DNA of 64,000 bases from Laetmonice hystrix (GCA_965235115.1 OZ249436.1:54934001-54998000), one strand, 5' to 3'. Positions 1 through 14,662 are shown, counted from the stretch's first letter. The notes: a model not told the origin generated them from the letters alone. Made by a program: numbers and translations.

Positions 1-253
1 TGGGTTCGATCCGCGGCCGCGCCGGACTTTCCTGCATAAGCAGTGCTGCCGACTGCTTTATCATGTGGAGGGGCACGTTAAAGATCCCTTGGCACCTATC
101 GATAAGAGTAGGGGTTCGCCCCGATGCCAGGTTTCCTCCTATCATCTCATTATCACCCAATGGATTTCACCGACTGAGTTAGTTACCTTGTTCTCGCCCT
201 GAAATAGCTGAAATACTGCTGACTGGGCGTTAAACACCAACTTACTCACTCAC
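1..253 (+). mobile_element. tRNA-derived SINE with a MetaSINE-like core, 5' end cut by the window edge
   Basis: B-box GGTTCGATCC at 3-12; core GCACGTTAAAGATCCC...GATAAGAGTAGGGG; 3' end GCTGAAATACTGCTG...GGCGTTAAACACCAA followed by an (ACTC)n tail, a layout typical of lophotrochozoan SINEs. Confidence 0.75.
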
Positions 254-276
254 CCCCTCGCGTATTTTAGACGGCG

Positions 277-709
277 TATGAGCCCGTCGCGATTTGAGCC
301 CGTCACTTGAGCCCGCCGGGTTAAACCCCGCGAGGGTCCCGTCAAAGCACGCCCTGGTGCCGGTTGGTGTAGGTCAGCCAATTATAATCGGCAATTGTTT
401 AAAAGATTATATAGATCCGCCTAGGCCCTAGCCATATCCCGCTCTCTACTGACCGGCTGAGGCCCCTGCTTCAACAGGCCCAGGCCGAACCGACCGGCCG
501 AGGGCAAGGCCCATACAAGTCCCGGCCGAACGGACCGGCCGAGGCCCCCTACAACTTGCTTGAGCGAGTAAGCGAGCGGGCGAGTGACCGGCCACCGCTC
601 CCTCGCTCACCCCGCCCCGGGCAGGCTCGGCGCCCCCCCCCCCCCCCCCCCCCCCCGAGGGGCTCATATGACGGGATCATTTCGCGGCGGGCTCAAGTGA
701 CGTGATACC
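277..709. repeat. Foldback/MITE-like remnant with subrepeated inverted ends
   Basis: GTCACTTGAGCCCGCC and TGAGCCCGTC subrepeats at ~277-320 are mirrored by GGCGGGCTCAAGTGAC at ~660-709. No TSD is readable. Confidence 0.5.
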
Positions 710-2086
710 TTCACGTTGGGTTCGCTTGTAATGCACATTAAATCACTACCAATGCATTGGACCTCTAGTCTGAATGGTACGGATTCTGGAATGCGCAATG
801 CGCTTTCTGGGGTCTAGTGTGAAAAGGGTATGATTATCTGTGGGTATAGGACCTATGTGTGCTTCGAGTTGCCCATTCGATCGGGTTAGCGGCGAATGAC
901 TCAGTGGCTCCACTGCGGATACGCTGCATGGGGATTCAACAAGTAACAGTAATCCGTCAGCCAAAAAGTCAACTTTAAGTGGTGGTAATTCATATATAAG
1001 ACACTTACTCGTTGGTAATCCTCACTATACCCGAACCGGCGTTATCAAAACTTGACCCCCGCCGTGACCCTAGAGGGCTGAGGCCGTGTAGCGTCCTTGA
1101 CCCCGGAAGGTACACTGGCCTGAGCAATGTCCTTGACCAGCCGTTGGGATGGTTATCCAGTGGCGCCCTCTCCCGGCTGACAACCACCGACCAACCCCTC
1201 ATTGCTGCTGCTCCCGTTGGGCTCCACCCTCGTTCCATGTCTACGAGGTCAAACTTCAAGATGTTCTAATATCTTTCCATGACGTTTCCTCAACATTCCA
1301 AACCTTCGCTACTGTGCTATTCTTTTGTATCGATGCTCTGTTCATGTATTTGTCAATCGATTCCACCCATGCTTTTCATCCATCCACTAAACACTTCAAA
1401 GTTCATCTGCCAGATTCTCCACCGTCACCGCAGGTCATGCCCATGTCCTATCTACAACCGAATAACTCCGAACTCTTCCTTCATACGTCGACAGTTTCTT
1501 TTTTTATGCGCACGAACTGGGTTTTTGTCACCGTGAGAACTGGCGCCCTTTCCCAGCCTGTGACGGGCTCAGTTTATAATGGTCGACTGCCGTTAGAACC
1601 CGGCGTCCTCTCAGCCCACATGTGACAAGAGAATGGAGTCAATGGACCCTGACGACCGGTGTTCCCTTGTCGCATCCTTGTGTGACTTACTCGCTATGAC
1701 TCATTCCATTTGAAAACATTTGGCCTGTCGCCACTCAAGAGGTCGTCCATTTATTGAGAGCCGAACCTGCTCACCTGGCCGTTTATTTCAGGGGTTGCTT
1801 TAAAAATCACATCCAAGACTAGCACAATAAGTTTGCAGTAAATGTCATAGCAAATGTCACAGCTTTCTATAAATACACCAACTGGACTTTAATGCCAATT
1901 TTCTAGAGGTACACTCAAACGATGTAGGCTTCTCCCAGGTGTTGAAGACGGGACCAATATAGTCCGCGTCATTGAACAGTTAAAAAAAATTGGATGTAGA
2001 GTTCTTAAGACGGTATGCCACTACAACCTAACGTCTTCAATAATGCAATAGGAAATGGCTATACATTTTCTTTGAGAATCTTTTAA

Positions 2087-2312
2087 GGGGCGGACCATTT
2101 GATACGTGGGGGAGGGGGGTATGCTATGGTTTAAAAAAAATCTGTTCACCAAACACAGGGGAAACATACTTCATCAAATTTTACATTAAAAATAGTTTGT
2201 TCCATATGTAAAATATTTAGTATAGTCAAAATGGGGGGGGGGGGGAATAGCGAAAAAAAGAAGTTTGCTCCTGAAGAAAACCGATAGCCCCCCGTATCAA
2301 ATGGTCCGCCCC
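2087..2312. mobile_element. PIF/Harbinger (Tourist-like) MITE
   Basis: Perfect 20-bp TIR GGGGCGGACCATTTGATACG / CGTATCAAATGGTCCGCCCC, with TAA on both flanks (2084-2086 and 2313-2315). Confidence 0.9.
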
Positions 2313-5016
2313 TAACAACTGTGGACCGTGACCCCCCCCCCCCCCCCTTCCCGGCGCAGCTCTCGAAGCTTGATCCAAACACCGTCAAACTGTAAGCAGT
2401 CGACCTATACCCTGACTTCTTGTCAGTTATGATACCAGGTTGTTTGTTTTCAGATATTCTCCATCTCCGTGCCAACTTTCAGACTCCAATCGTCTCCATT
2501 ATCTCGTGATAACGTCATTCAAACATGCTAACCCGGGCATGCACGCACTTGTCCACTTGGACCGTTAGCCGGGATTATCCTTTGTTCATCCTCTCACCTG
2601 GCCTCGTGAGAAAAAGTGTCAAACCGTCACTATGGTCACGCCATCACCATTCACCTAACGTCACCCACACAGACGTGTACCTACACCTCCGACGCCAGGT
2701 GTATGTTTGTTTTATGACGCACAAGTAGGCTACATTATTCTTCCCAGAACATACACAGGTCAGGTTTCGCTTCGTTGCCAGCCGATTTCGCATCACAGTT
2801 GACCGATTAATTTCGCTTCTCCGGTCATAAGCGAAATCGGCCAGCCACTGAGCGAAATACGAAGAGAGAAGACAAAACAGCCAGCCAGGTAAATTCGACC
2901 GGTGAAAAGAACTGTGCAAGAACTTGTACTTTTGGGTCACACTAAAGTTTGTATTTGTATGAGACCTCTTCAAAATTATACAGTGTGTGGGATTGGAGCA
3001 CTGACATGTGCCAAAACATTACTTTGGCTAATTGAAAACGTGCTTTTAAAACCCATCACTTGTCAACCGTGAGGTAATGATTCTGTAATACATCGGATAT
3101 TAAAACAGTGATTCAATAAACCAGAGATTCGTGTGTATTTTTAGATCATGTCATTCCGTCTGAAAATACCATCCATAATGATTGTCTGAAATATAAGGAC
3201 CTGGTGTCATAGACAAATCCAAAACTCAAATTTTCTTACTATGCCATGCCCTTTCGAAATCATTTGTTCACCGGGCACTGTCAAATAAAATAAGCGTGTC
3301 AGGAGTTAGTATACCATCTAAAGCACGACCAAGAATGCAAGTTTACGAATACAAACATCACATTTGATATTTCCTCACATGGATTCTTTTCAGGAATGAA
3401 AATTCACGTATAGGGCCTACCTAAATCATACAAGTAATAGTTATCTATGTTTATGTGAAGCCTTATATGAACGCTTCATGTCATGGTATAAATATTATTA
3501 TGACGCTACCTCGGGCGGCGAGACGTTAGAAGTTACAAACAGCAGTGTAAAGGCCTCAATATACTTGGGCATTCCACACCGCGTCAGCAAATATTAATTA
3601 ATATATAAATATAACATAACCCCGTTATATAACATAACCAGCCCCGGGCCAGCCAAGGTGTGTTTGGTGTCGTGAATGTTTCATAGAAATGCCTCTCCTT
3701 AATTTTCCGGCCCTCGATAAGCACTTTGATTATTTCGGTTGTAAAAGTCCATATTTAATATTGTGGGAAGGCGGTGAAAGTCGGTTGATCAACACTCTTC
3801 ACACACTTGTTTACGCTAAGATCAACGCTCTCCAATTAGCGGACCTTCATTTACTGAACTACGCATTACGCAATAGGTTAATCGCAATGTACATTGGGCC
3901 GGGAGGTGGGGGGGGGGGCGCTGTGGGAGGCACAGCGTGAGAACATTAAGCAGCCAGTAAATAGGCTTTACCATTGAACGTGTCAGGCTGTCGCATGTCA
4001 CGGCGACTTTTGACCCATTCGGCTTGCCATTGGCCGTCCGAGGGCCCCGGCCGGGGGGGGGGGGGGGGGCAATGCGGGGGACTCTGTCCACTTTCCGGTG
4101 CAACTTTGCAGACAGAGCAAGCTCAACATTTCCTTATTATCAGCACTTGGTCGAGAGGGTAAACTGGCATCTCAGAGGAATTTATCAGACAGCTAGCTAA
4201 ACGGATTGCTGGCAGCGCCCCCTCCCCAACAACAGGATCCTCACCTCACCATGCCTTATATATGGGCCTCCTATGTATCAGTACAATTTGTCTCCCTACT
4301 AACCCTCTAACCCTGACATACCGCCAGATGTCACCACAGGCGTGGGTGTAATGCAGGTGGTCCAAGTGTTCCTCATGTTGAATGATAAACAACAAACCAG
4401 CATTAAGCATGAAAATAGTGCCACCTGACAAAACGTGCCCTGGGCCATTAGTTTATATTTACTCCCGCAAAAGCCAGAGTTCCATAGTCCCATATTTTCG
4501 TAACAGCCATGCTTAACAATGCTTCCTCAGACAACCAAAGCAGGCCTCGCCCATATCCATGTATAAACTCTAGCTCAATCATACCCCGCCCGCCCCCAAA
4601 CACATTTTAAAGTGTGTTCTCGTCGGCCCATACACCATCAATATAATTCCAACCACATACAGCATACAGATCGGCCGATGGGTCAGATCGACCGATGCCG
4701 TGTAACATCTTCAATATCAAGTAATGACAATATTATTGTCAATCATTATTGATGGTGATCGTGTTTACAGACGGCGTCAGATTGACCGTTGTTGTGATGT
4801 GTATGTAATAGGCGTCGCTATTCCGTGACGCAACTGGTCGGAATCATACTTATAGTTGTTTACAGAGTGGCATAATAACCCGACAAATGGAGATTGTTAA
4901 CTGGTGTATTTACACTGTACATGTCACTATATTGACGGGCCTACAGTGAGTGTAGGTCAGCGATTGTTTATCACACCTTCCTTCCTCTATCACCATTAGG
5001 AAATCTAACACCTGTA

Positions 5017-5227
5017 AGGGCCCTCTCCACTAAGGCGATTTTCCTTGCGACGCCCATGCGATTTTGACATCACCCTTTTATTTTACTGTAATTTTGAGAT
5101 TAAAGGATGGAAAACATTTCCTAAAAGAGAGAAGGCCAGCCAAGAAAGATTTCAGAGTGAAATTCCACCATTAAATCAAAAATCGCATGTTCGTCGCAAG
5201 GGGAATCGCCTTAGTGGATAGGGCCCT
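5017..5227. mobile_element. MITE with Harbinger-like GGGCCC termini
   Basis: Imperfect ~36-bp TIR AGGGCCCT(C/A)TCCACTAAGGCGATT..CCTTGCGACG; GTA on both flanks. Confidence 0.8.
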
Positions 5228-7242
5228 GTACATGTGAACGGTTACAGAGATTCCAGATCCTTTTACAACACATTGATGGGGGAGTTTGATGCTTCAACAG
5301 TCTGCAAGGGAAACGTGCAGAGGGAGGGAGGGACACAAAACTGGCGATTGTAAATACCGTATTCATCAGTCTACTCAAGATGCACCTGTCCATTGACTGT
5401 GGCAGCTACAAGCGTCACCCCTCGCCCGCACAGACTGACCGCTACAAGCGGCTCACCGCCCCTCAGATTGACAGCGTCATTCCCCGCAGACCGAGAGCTA
5501 CAAGCGTCATATTGGCCTACAAAACTGCTGTAAGATCTACAAATTGCCCTGCTCCCATACCCACTACAGCTGTGTTATCAGTCTTGGCCGAGTTGGGGTT
5601 AGGTGAAGAAGGTTTGTTTTGGTCGTCATGCGTTACTCATGGTGGGCGAAAGTTGGGATGGGGGGGGGGGGGGTCAAGTGAACGTACTCCCTGAGAAAAA
5701 CTTGAGTACCACCCCACCATCATAGCACCAGGCATGTACACAGGACAACTCAGCGTAAACACGGAGCCTTCAGCCGACCGTGTCCAGCGACCTACAGACA
5801 GGACCTGAGACTTTCAACCTACCTGTAGAAGTGCGCCAGGTGCGGCTGGTGTCAGCAATTACAGGTAATTTTAAGAAAAACACTCTAGCGCCCTGCCTCC
5901 CCGTATACTCCGTCTGGTGTCTTTGCCTCAAATAGGAGGTTGGCGATGGATGAGAAGGTTATGTATGTCATGAAAGTGATGTTTAGGACACAGGTACCCG
6001 AGACGACGTCCCAACCTGTCCAAACCCTCTAGCCTTGGTCTGTCCCCCACACAGACGTGCCCCCGTTTTTATGGTTGGCCGAGCTGCACACATCTATCAC
6101 AATTAACGTGTCTTCAATCCGGAGCCCTTGTGGTCCAATGGCCACAGTGGGGCCTGCGGGCAGTGGCACATCGACAGGACAGGCATTGCCAATATACAGT
6201 TAACATGGCCATATATATATTTGTGACGTCCCCCCCCACCGTCACTGGCATGTTCAACAGCTTCCTCATTTACATAACAATTTCAGCCAGGAAATGCAAA
6301 ATTGAATCTGCCAAACTGTAACTCTTTGACATGCAACAAAATGCGCAGCAACAAATGTCGCCTTTCAAATTTCAGAATTGTTTCAGAAGCACTGGCCATA
6401 ACTGAAATAAAATAAAACCGCGTTTTCTGACCTGGGGCGTGTTATACGTATCTATTACAAATGGTACGCCACTGGCCATCAAACGGAGTTTTATATCGCT
6501 AACAGGAGACACGCACACAAAAACTATATAAAATAGTACTATTGTCGATAACTTTTATTTTACCGATCGCGACACTACATCTGCTCATGTAGTGGTGTCT
6601 CGTCCTTTGCAGCAAATTAGGGACTGTCTCGGGTAGCTCATTTCATCCTCACTGTTAAGGGGACCATACACGATCAATATAGGCCTATTGGCAATACATG
6701 TAGGCCTACTGGATGGAATCGGGTTGGCCTAAAAATAATTGTGGAACACTCTTTATGATCCAAGTTGTCCGGACGTCGCCGACTCCCGCCACTGCTACCA
6801 CCAGACAGTCTCTATAGACTTGTAAACACCGTCTACCATTATCAAAGACCGATGAATGATCATTCATAGATCTTTGACCATATGAAGCATTTGGATTTTT
6901 CAGGAGAAAAGAAAAACCTGTGGCGGGTGATGGTGGTGTCGGGGTTCACATGCACATAGCCAGGATTTCTTTGGACTTGTTTTTTTGGTCTGAATATGGA
7001 GGCAGCGTAGGGCCTGGGAGATGGACTCTTGGTATGAATCCATTGAATTAAACGCCCCAGGTGATGCAGTGGAAGTGCAACGCCCTGTTACAACACAATC
7101 AAAAATTGCATTTTTCACAGAACAGCACAGGTAGAGTGGAGTGTATGGCACGCTGGAGAATCATGGCATCAATTTTCACACAAAAGCTTAGACCGTCTCA
7201 TTATCTACAGAACGGTGTGACCTTTACGGAACAGGCAATAAA

Positions 7243-7264
7243 TGTGTGTGTGTGTGTGTGTGTG
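7243..7264. repeat. (TG)n microsatellite
   Basis: Read directly from the sequence. Confidence 0.95.
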
Positions 7265-8056
7265 GGCTCCAGGGAAGTGTAGGACGACCGACCGTCTGTC
7301 TGCCTGTATAGCAGACCGCCCAACGTGTGGGAGTGGTCCACGGAGCCCCGATCAAACCTTTGGCTCATCTAAAAAGATCGAAGAAACCTCACATCTTATT
7401 TTCTACACAATGTTGATTCTATGTATAAATGGTGAGTGGACACAAATGGACCTTAATTTGTAAAGGTATCCCCATGTGTAAGCGTCTTCCTTATTTTTCT
7501 TCAGACCGCCTTTTAATTTCCAAAAGTCAACATTCTAAATTGGGTAATAATGATCGGTTGCGAATGTACGAATTTACACAATGCCAAGTTTAATTCAGAT
7601 CCAGGGAACTTTAACGAGTTCAATTTAATCCGCATGTGGGCATATACGTCATCAATTACCAGCATTTCTTTTTTTTATTGTAAATTACTGATTGTACTGA
7701 CTAAGTATGCACTTTTAGTGGTTTTAAAGTCATTTTTACAACAACTGAATGCACGGTGTCAAGGGGGGGAAGTGTGTGCCTGGGCAATATCCTGGAAAAA
7801 ACGGCTCAAGTCAGGGAACGTCCGTGACGTCACGGGTAAATATACAAATCCTTGAACGAATTCTGGGAGTTGTAGCTAAATTAAGCGATGGCAGTGTTTT
7901 GAGAGTGGGTAGAATGTTCTGAGCATAACAGTGGCTTACGCTCAAACCACTCGAGTAGTTTAGACGTATGTACTACCATACTGCTTTGAGGGTAGAGTGG
8001 TTTGGTTTGCGAATATGAACGACTCACCTCTGTCTGAAGGGGAGACCAAAGTTTGA

Positions 8057-8621
8057 TTCATTCGGGATTCCCTCGGGCATATGACGTTATATCTGCATAT
8101 ACCCTCGGGTGAAATGGGCGCCATTGGCAACCAGATACATGGCGAAATCGGCCTGTGTAACGAGGCACTGAGTGAACCGTCATATCCCATCGAGCCAGAA
8201 AGTAGTGCATTATTGAAACCTGCTTCTTGGCATCGTATGTGCAAATATATATTTTGTGGTATGAAGGGGAACGTTTAAACTGAAAAAATCAATTACCTAA
8301 TTTACCTAAATATGGGCGTGATACGGTAATTTATCAAATTATGGGAAGCAATATGGCTGCGCCCATAAACGACAGCACCACGACAGATGGTACGACTACT
8401 TGTATCATGAACATGATACTCTCGTAATATTGCTCAATGACTATGGGGAAAACACTGGAGGCCTATTTTAGTTGCTTCCATGCCTGATGCAGGCAAAATA
8501 CTGCAAGCACTGCCATGCTGGCGAGAGTCCCAGCTAAATGTACCCGCGATGCAATGCTCAAAATGGCGCCTATTTCACCCGAGGCTACTTTCGAAGATAT
8601 GGCCGAGGATTCCAGAATGAG
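8057..8621. mobile_element. MITE nested inside 7029-8696
   Basis: Imperfect TIRs (T/C)TCATTC.GG...CCTCGGGTGAAAT.GGCGCCATT at both ends; TTTGA on both flanks (8052-8056 and 8622-8626). Confidence 0.55.
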
Positions 8622-10408
8622 TTTGATTGTGTTGTAAAAGGGCGTTGCACTTCCGCTGCACCACCTGGGGCGTTTAATTCAATGGATTCATACCAACCAC
8701 GCGATGACATATAATAAAGTCTCCTGTCGAAGTGGGTCTTCGTCCTTGATGTTTAATAAATGTGTGTTTGTATGCCCAGAGAGATATGTTTACACATGTA
8801 CATGTGTATTTATGTTCCAGCTCAGTGACCCTGCCATGGGGGTTGCGGACGGACGGGGGGAGGATGTCGGGACAGGAACAGCCAGCACAGAACCGCTTCC
8901 ATTGGCTCCCGCTGCACTGAACAGTAAATATTGTCCTACTATTGGTTCAGGGGACCTTTAGGGCAGGTTCCTGTAAACTGACCTCCCCCCTCCCAATGTC
9001 CTGCGCCTACCTGTATGCCTCCGTTGCTGAGTGTTTGTCCTCAGCGTTGCCCATACAGCCCACGCTGATGGGAATTATACTTGTACAGAGATCACAGACA
9101 CATGTGATGTTTAATCACCTGAACACACAGAGCCTGGAAGGGCAATTAGCGCTTTCTTTGGGATAACTGCCACCAGGGTGCCTTATGATACATTACGTTA
9201 TGATTAGCCTTACCACCCCCTATATACTGATGGGAGTGGGAGTGGCAATTGTTCAATGCCCAACACTTGATTGCTTTTTGCAAATCTGAGGGAAGAAGTT
9301 AGGCCCACGTGTACTTATACCAAACAGCAGGGCATATTTCTCATAGTACACCCCAGTCAAAGCAGCAATAGGAGGTCTACTTAAGCATTAAAGAGGTGAT
9401 GCCATTTTGATATTCTTCAAGAAGATTTAGCGGTCTGAGCGAAATCCGCTACGGAGGACCAAGAATACAATCTTATCCCCCTACAACTCCCACCGTTACC
9501 TGTGCGTTCTGCTTAGGCAGGTAATGTCAGCAATCCCTGTGAAATCGGACAGCAAGGTCTCCAGGTCAAGCAATCCCTGGCAATGTTCAAAGTCTCCATC
9601 TAGAAACCTCGTGCCCTGGTGAATTATCCCAATACCAGAAGCTTCAATTTTACGCTTCGGATTTTACAGTAATAACATTTATTTACGCTTGCCTCTACCT
9701 GTAACCTGATTTTGTAACATTTGTTACATACTTTCCGTCGTTCTATGTGTTCCACGAATAATGGAATTCGGTATTGATTTCCAAACAAGAACAAAACTGA
9801 AGATCAGCTCTGATCCAACACTTTTATAATTCGACTTTAGCATATATCAAATAAATTCTAAGCAAATCAGCCACCCATCTCTGTTCTCATTCTGGTGAGT
9901 AAAAGAGCCCAACGGTAACTGATTTGACACACAGCGTACACAGGCGAGAAAAAAGAAATACTGCATAGCTGGCGGAAGTTTCAGCCCGGGCCACCGGTCA
10001 ATTAAAATTTTTCCGGGGTTTCAAGTCGGCATGCAGATGTTTAGGTCGCGTACCAAGGCCGTAATGGTAATTAGGAAAACCAACAGATCGGGAGCCCGGC
10101 CTAATCTTAATCTACTTGTGGTGAATGTTTGTCTGGTTGATTATTGAAGGACGTCCTCTGTAGTTGTCTGACAGCCAGAACAACTGTACAATTCTCTTAC
10201 TGTTTTCTTACCCACCCACGGAATAGTCACTATCAAGGTGCTCTTCAAATACTCATGCCCCGCTTGCATAGAAAAAGTGTTATAATCTTCCTCTTCAATT
10301 CGGGTCCATGCAGTACCAGTAGCTCTATACACCGTAAACATGGTTGAAGAGGGACGTGTTACAATGTCACAATCAACATTCAACAATCAAGTTGGAGACT
10401 ATAGATGT

Positions 10409-10753
10409 CACTGGGGGATCCAGGGGGGCCCAAGGGGCCCGGGCCCGGGCCCCCTTAAATTTTCCTTTTCCCCGCTTTTTTTTAAAGAAGATGCATTATT
10501 CGGACCCTGAAACCAGTATTCCAACAAAATTCTTTTTAAAAAAGCCTCCTATATTATACGTGATAGTAACATCGGGCCCAAAGGGGCCTCCTCAGTCATC
10601 CAGGAGCAACATAACTATGGGCCATTGCGCATTGAAATAGATCAAAAGGGGCCCAAAATGGCTATAAGTGCAATAAAATCATGCTGAGTGTAGTGAGGCT
10701 AAAAAAAATTTTCAGGTGGGCCCCCGCTTTTCAAAATCCTGGATCCCCCACTG
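10409..10753. mobile_element. hAT-like MITE with 5-bp TSD
   Basis: TIR CA(C/G)TGGGGGATCCAGG; GATGT duplicated at 10404-10408 and 10754-10758. Confidence 0.8.
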
Positions 10754-11274
10754 GATGTTGATAGCTCGGCTGAGCCCATTCTATACCATTGGTGTGGTCT
10801 GGTTCCAACATCAGAAAACTTGATATGAAAGACGGCAACAAGCAAGCAATTGTTTGCACGTACCGACCCGACGCTCTCCAACTACCCTGCAAATTATATA
10901 GCGTCTCGGCCAGGTCTGATGTCCTTCCCCTTGGCTCCGAGTAGGTGGTTTCATAACCAACCAGTTACAGGTACAACGTACACCTGTGTATTAAATCAAC
11001 CTACCGGTATCTGTGATTGTAGATCATATTTCACGGTTGAGTCCTAAAACCATGTCAACTCCTACCAAACGTCTCGCCCAGAATACAACTTTCACATTTC
11101 TCGTAATCAAAGTATTTTTGTCTTACTGGATCTAAACAAGAGGATCAAACAAATCCCTTTATTCCGGCTACCTGTGGATCATTCAATTTCAGTGAGGCTC
11201 CCCAGGGCTCGGGGCATGGCATATCACAGCGTGACCGAGGAGGATTTGTAAGTCAATCTTAATTTTCGCGGTAT

Positions 11275-11306
11275 AGAAAGAGAGAGACAGAGGGGCACAG
11301 AGAGGG

Positions 11307-11374
<68 letters not shown>

Positions 11375-11440
11375 CACAGAGAGAGGGAGAGAGGGACAGA
11401 GAGGGGCAGAGACACAGACAGAGACAGAGTCACAGACAGC
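11275..11440. repeat. (AG)n microsatellite with degenerate flanks
   Basis: Read directly from the sequence. It accounts for the SLSLSL ORFs in the track. Confidence 0.95.
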
Positions 11441-14400
11441 GAGCCACGGATAAACTAATAAATACGGAACACGGATGGGTCTGATCGTTTGACACGTCAC
11501 GACAGTTGACAGTTGACGATGGAGCCCTGTGGTAGGGAGGGACATGGTAGAATTATAATAGTATAACCATACGCACAGAAGAACTGATAACATTCAATAA
11601 CAATTCACAAAAAGAAAAGTATGGGCAAGGAATAGATGATGAAGACCCACATACTGAGACATGCCCCAGAACCCACAGGTGTCCAGACCTGCACCCAATC
11701 TCGGCACCTACCTGAGTCTGTCGAGAAGGGTACTCGTCACCGCCGGGCCGGGCCTGATGGCCCTCCATGCCCGGGGGTGAAGGCCCAATCGCCGGGCTTC
11801 GGCCCCGAGGTCGACCATCGACCGACACGAACTCACGACGACCTTGTGGTTAATGCCCGGACGGCACCCGCAGTGGCGACGCCTGTGGGCCAGTTTGTGA
11901 ACTTTACTCAAGTTCCCGCTCAGTCCGTGGCCGACATAATCCGTCCTGTTTCTCTGTTCTCCATCCGTTGTTCCACTAGCAGGAATACTCCTCTCGCTAT
12001 CCCTGAGCGTGTCTAGTTTACTCAACTCCTCTGCCCCGACATGGTTCTTCCTGAACCTGCCCATGGCAGTGTGAACCTTGGACTGGTGATGGGGCGTACC
12101 ATCCAGGAGTCGCTGACCGTAGCAGCCGCTAACCCCGAACTGTGTGATGTCCTTCTTCTACCATGTGGGCTATATCAGAGGTGTACACCCTGTATACCCA
12201 TCCGGTGTGGGAACAATTAGTGACAATGAGCCGATTCACTTTGAAAGACCTCCTACTCAATGAATCGGTGTGAAGTCAGCGAGCCGTCACGCCCGCCAAC
12301 TGATAACGACTTTATATTGTCTGCACGTGTACCCTCCTCAATCTACAAATCTACAGATGTGAAGACGTCAACCAGGTCATCATCAGGCGGGAACGTCATG
12401 GAATGGTTGTGGGTCCCCAGGTACACTCTATCAGATGAGCTGTGCCTGCATGTTGAGGTGGAAAAACTCGGGCTGATCCCTGGCCCCTTGATGGTATACT
12501 GCCTGCAAAGTGGGAATGCATTCACAGGGTTGGTATGCCCACCTCGTGATGTCCAGGTGTTGGTTGGCGTCACCACCCAATGCCCACCTATTAATGAGAG
12601 TTACAGCCTTAATCCCGGCCTGTCTCTGGGTTACACTTATAAATCACAATGTTCGCCTCACCTGCACATCAGTGACAATTTTCTCTTAAAGGTCAACCAA
12701 CTGGTGAGCCCGCAAGGTGTTGGCTACTCATGGCCATCTTAGTGGTCAGTGGGGGGGCCTGGGGGTAGGAGGTTGATCCCCTGTTGCCCCTGTCAACGGG
12801 ATGACCACCCAACACACATCCTGCCTATACATAATCACCGCTGCTCTTTGATTTCTACAGGTATATAATATATCATCGGGTCGAGTTACTTCCTTTGAAG
12901 TTGACTGGAGCTTAAATCGGAGTGACTTTTGCCCCTGACATCGACCAGATTGTCAGTCAGCCCCCATTACCAGCCCGGAACCAACCCTCCACCCCCTTTT
13001 GCTCACGACAACGCAAGCGTTATTTATACATGCTTAATTACGTGTTACTAATTACGGCTGCCATTAACTACCAGACCTCATGGCGGGTCGATTTGTGTGT
13101 CTGAGCACGATATCACCAGAAAACCCGGGCCTTTACTTCCCAAGTACCTGATAACTACACCCACATATTTCATCACCTGCATGTGTACAAATCAGTGCCA
13201 TCTCCGGACATTTCTATACGGCACAATAACTCAACCACAGATTGTTCGTCATACACATGCAATCATTCCGTGCACCCTGAGACAAGTAATTTGGCCTGCG
13301 GTCCCGGAAGTCGCCTATTTTGGTCGATTCACGCATGTCGACAAGCGTCCGACTGTTACGAAACAACAAGGCCGTTTAGGGCATGAAGTTAACACCACGG
13401 TAGGTAGGCCGACCTAGCTTCCTCAGACAAGCTCGGTTCTGTTGCTCAAATGTCAAGCTCGTGTACTTTGGTGGTAACCACGGCAATTAGAATTTCTCCG
13501 AGTGTCTGGCCGGTATTTCTTGCCGAGCTCGTCGGTCGTTATGTAATCGAGCATCGTTTCGGTTGGCATAGAAATCGTCATGGCTGAGTGTTCAAACACC
13601 CACTCACACATTACACCTGTCAATCTCTTACTTACCCATGTCACAAACCAACCCGTAATTAGTGCTCTCAACACCCTTTAATTGCACTCAGTGACATTTG
13701 TAGGGGATAATCCCGACAAATCGGTTAGCTTAACTTCAGCAATCCTTTAAAATGTGTAGCCTAGATCTATATCTTATTTCGATCAAGAGATATTTTGTTT
13801 AACTATTAAATGGTCAATCTTCATGAGCTGTTAATATTGAAAAGATTGCATTCTTGACTTTTTGGGTGCGCTTGGCCATTTCACACGGTCTTGGACGTAA
13901 GTATTAGGTAGGCCCTATACCTAATATAAGATCTATACTATAATAATTATGATGTCATAATAAATCGTTCTGCCGATGTCATCTTCCATTTTGTTCGTAC
14001 TCAAGTGTTGCCGAAAGGATCACATTCAAGGGGTTTGGTAGAATATCGCCTTGTATAGCCTGTCGTACATGAAAACCGGTTTCGGTACATCGGGGCCATG
14101 CCTGGTTTTAGGTTTGGCAGTAGTGCTCGCAGGGTGCGACTAACGACTTGAAACCGCGCAAATTTACCGAAACCGACCTTGGCATAATATTATATATCGA
14201 GTTCCACACTTCGCCCCGTAAAGGAGCCGAATCCCGTTAATTGCTTACTATATGCGCTTGGGTTATTTCTAATTTGAGAAAAACAACATGGCACCCCCCT
14301 GAGCGGCACTGGCAAATGTTATGCGCATATAATATGTTAACGCACCTATCATACCGAAATCAATGGCACACATGAAATCTCACCATTATAGGCCTAATGT

Positions 14401-14662
14401 TTTTCCTTATTTCTGAAGCTGCACTGCCTACAATATGGTCAATGCATCTTACTCCTGACCTCTGAGAATTAGAACCATGTATAGCATGTGGTGACTGACC
14501 CATGTCCAGGTACCCGTATGGGCCTACCAGATGCTGTCTGACCTCTGGTCTATGACGTATACTCGTGCTGAGGTCAATCATGAAAAGGTCTGTCGAACGC
14601 ACATCTGGAAAGTCGTCTGTCGTATTTACATAGGTGTTCCTCGACACGACATGACAATCGAT

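Larger units (their letters stand above)
7029..8696. mobile_element. Non-autonomous element bounded by 75-bp inverted repeats
   Basis: 7029-7103 (TTGGTATGAATCCATTGAATTAAACGCCCCAGGTG...CAACACAATCAAA) is the reverse complement of 8622-8696 with about 3 mismatches. No clear TSD. Confidence 0.7.

Noticed and set aside
1260..1780. Possible Gypsy gag remnant on the minus strand (FEVFSG...AWVESIDKYM) with a PBS-like TGGCGAC upstream
   Set aside because: It needs a frameshift, the match is very short, and no LTR pair or pol is present.
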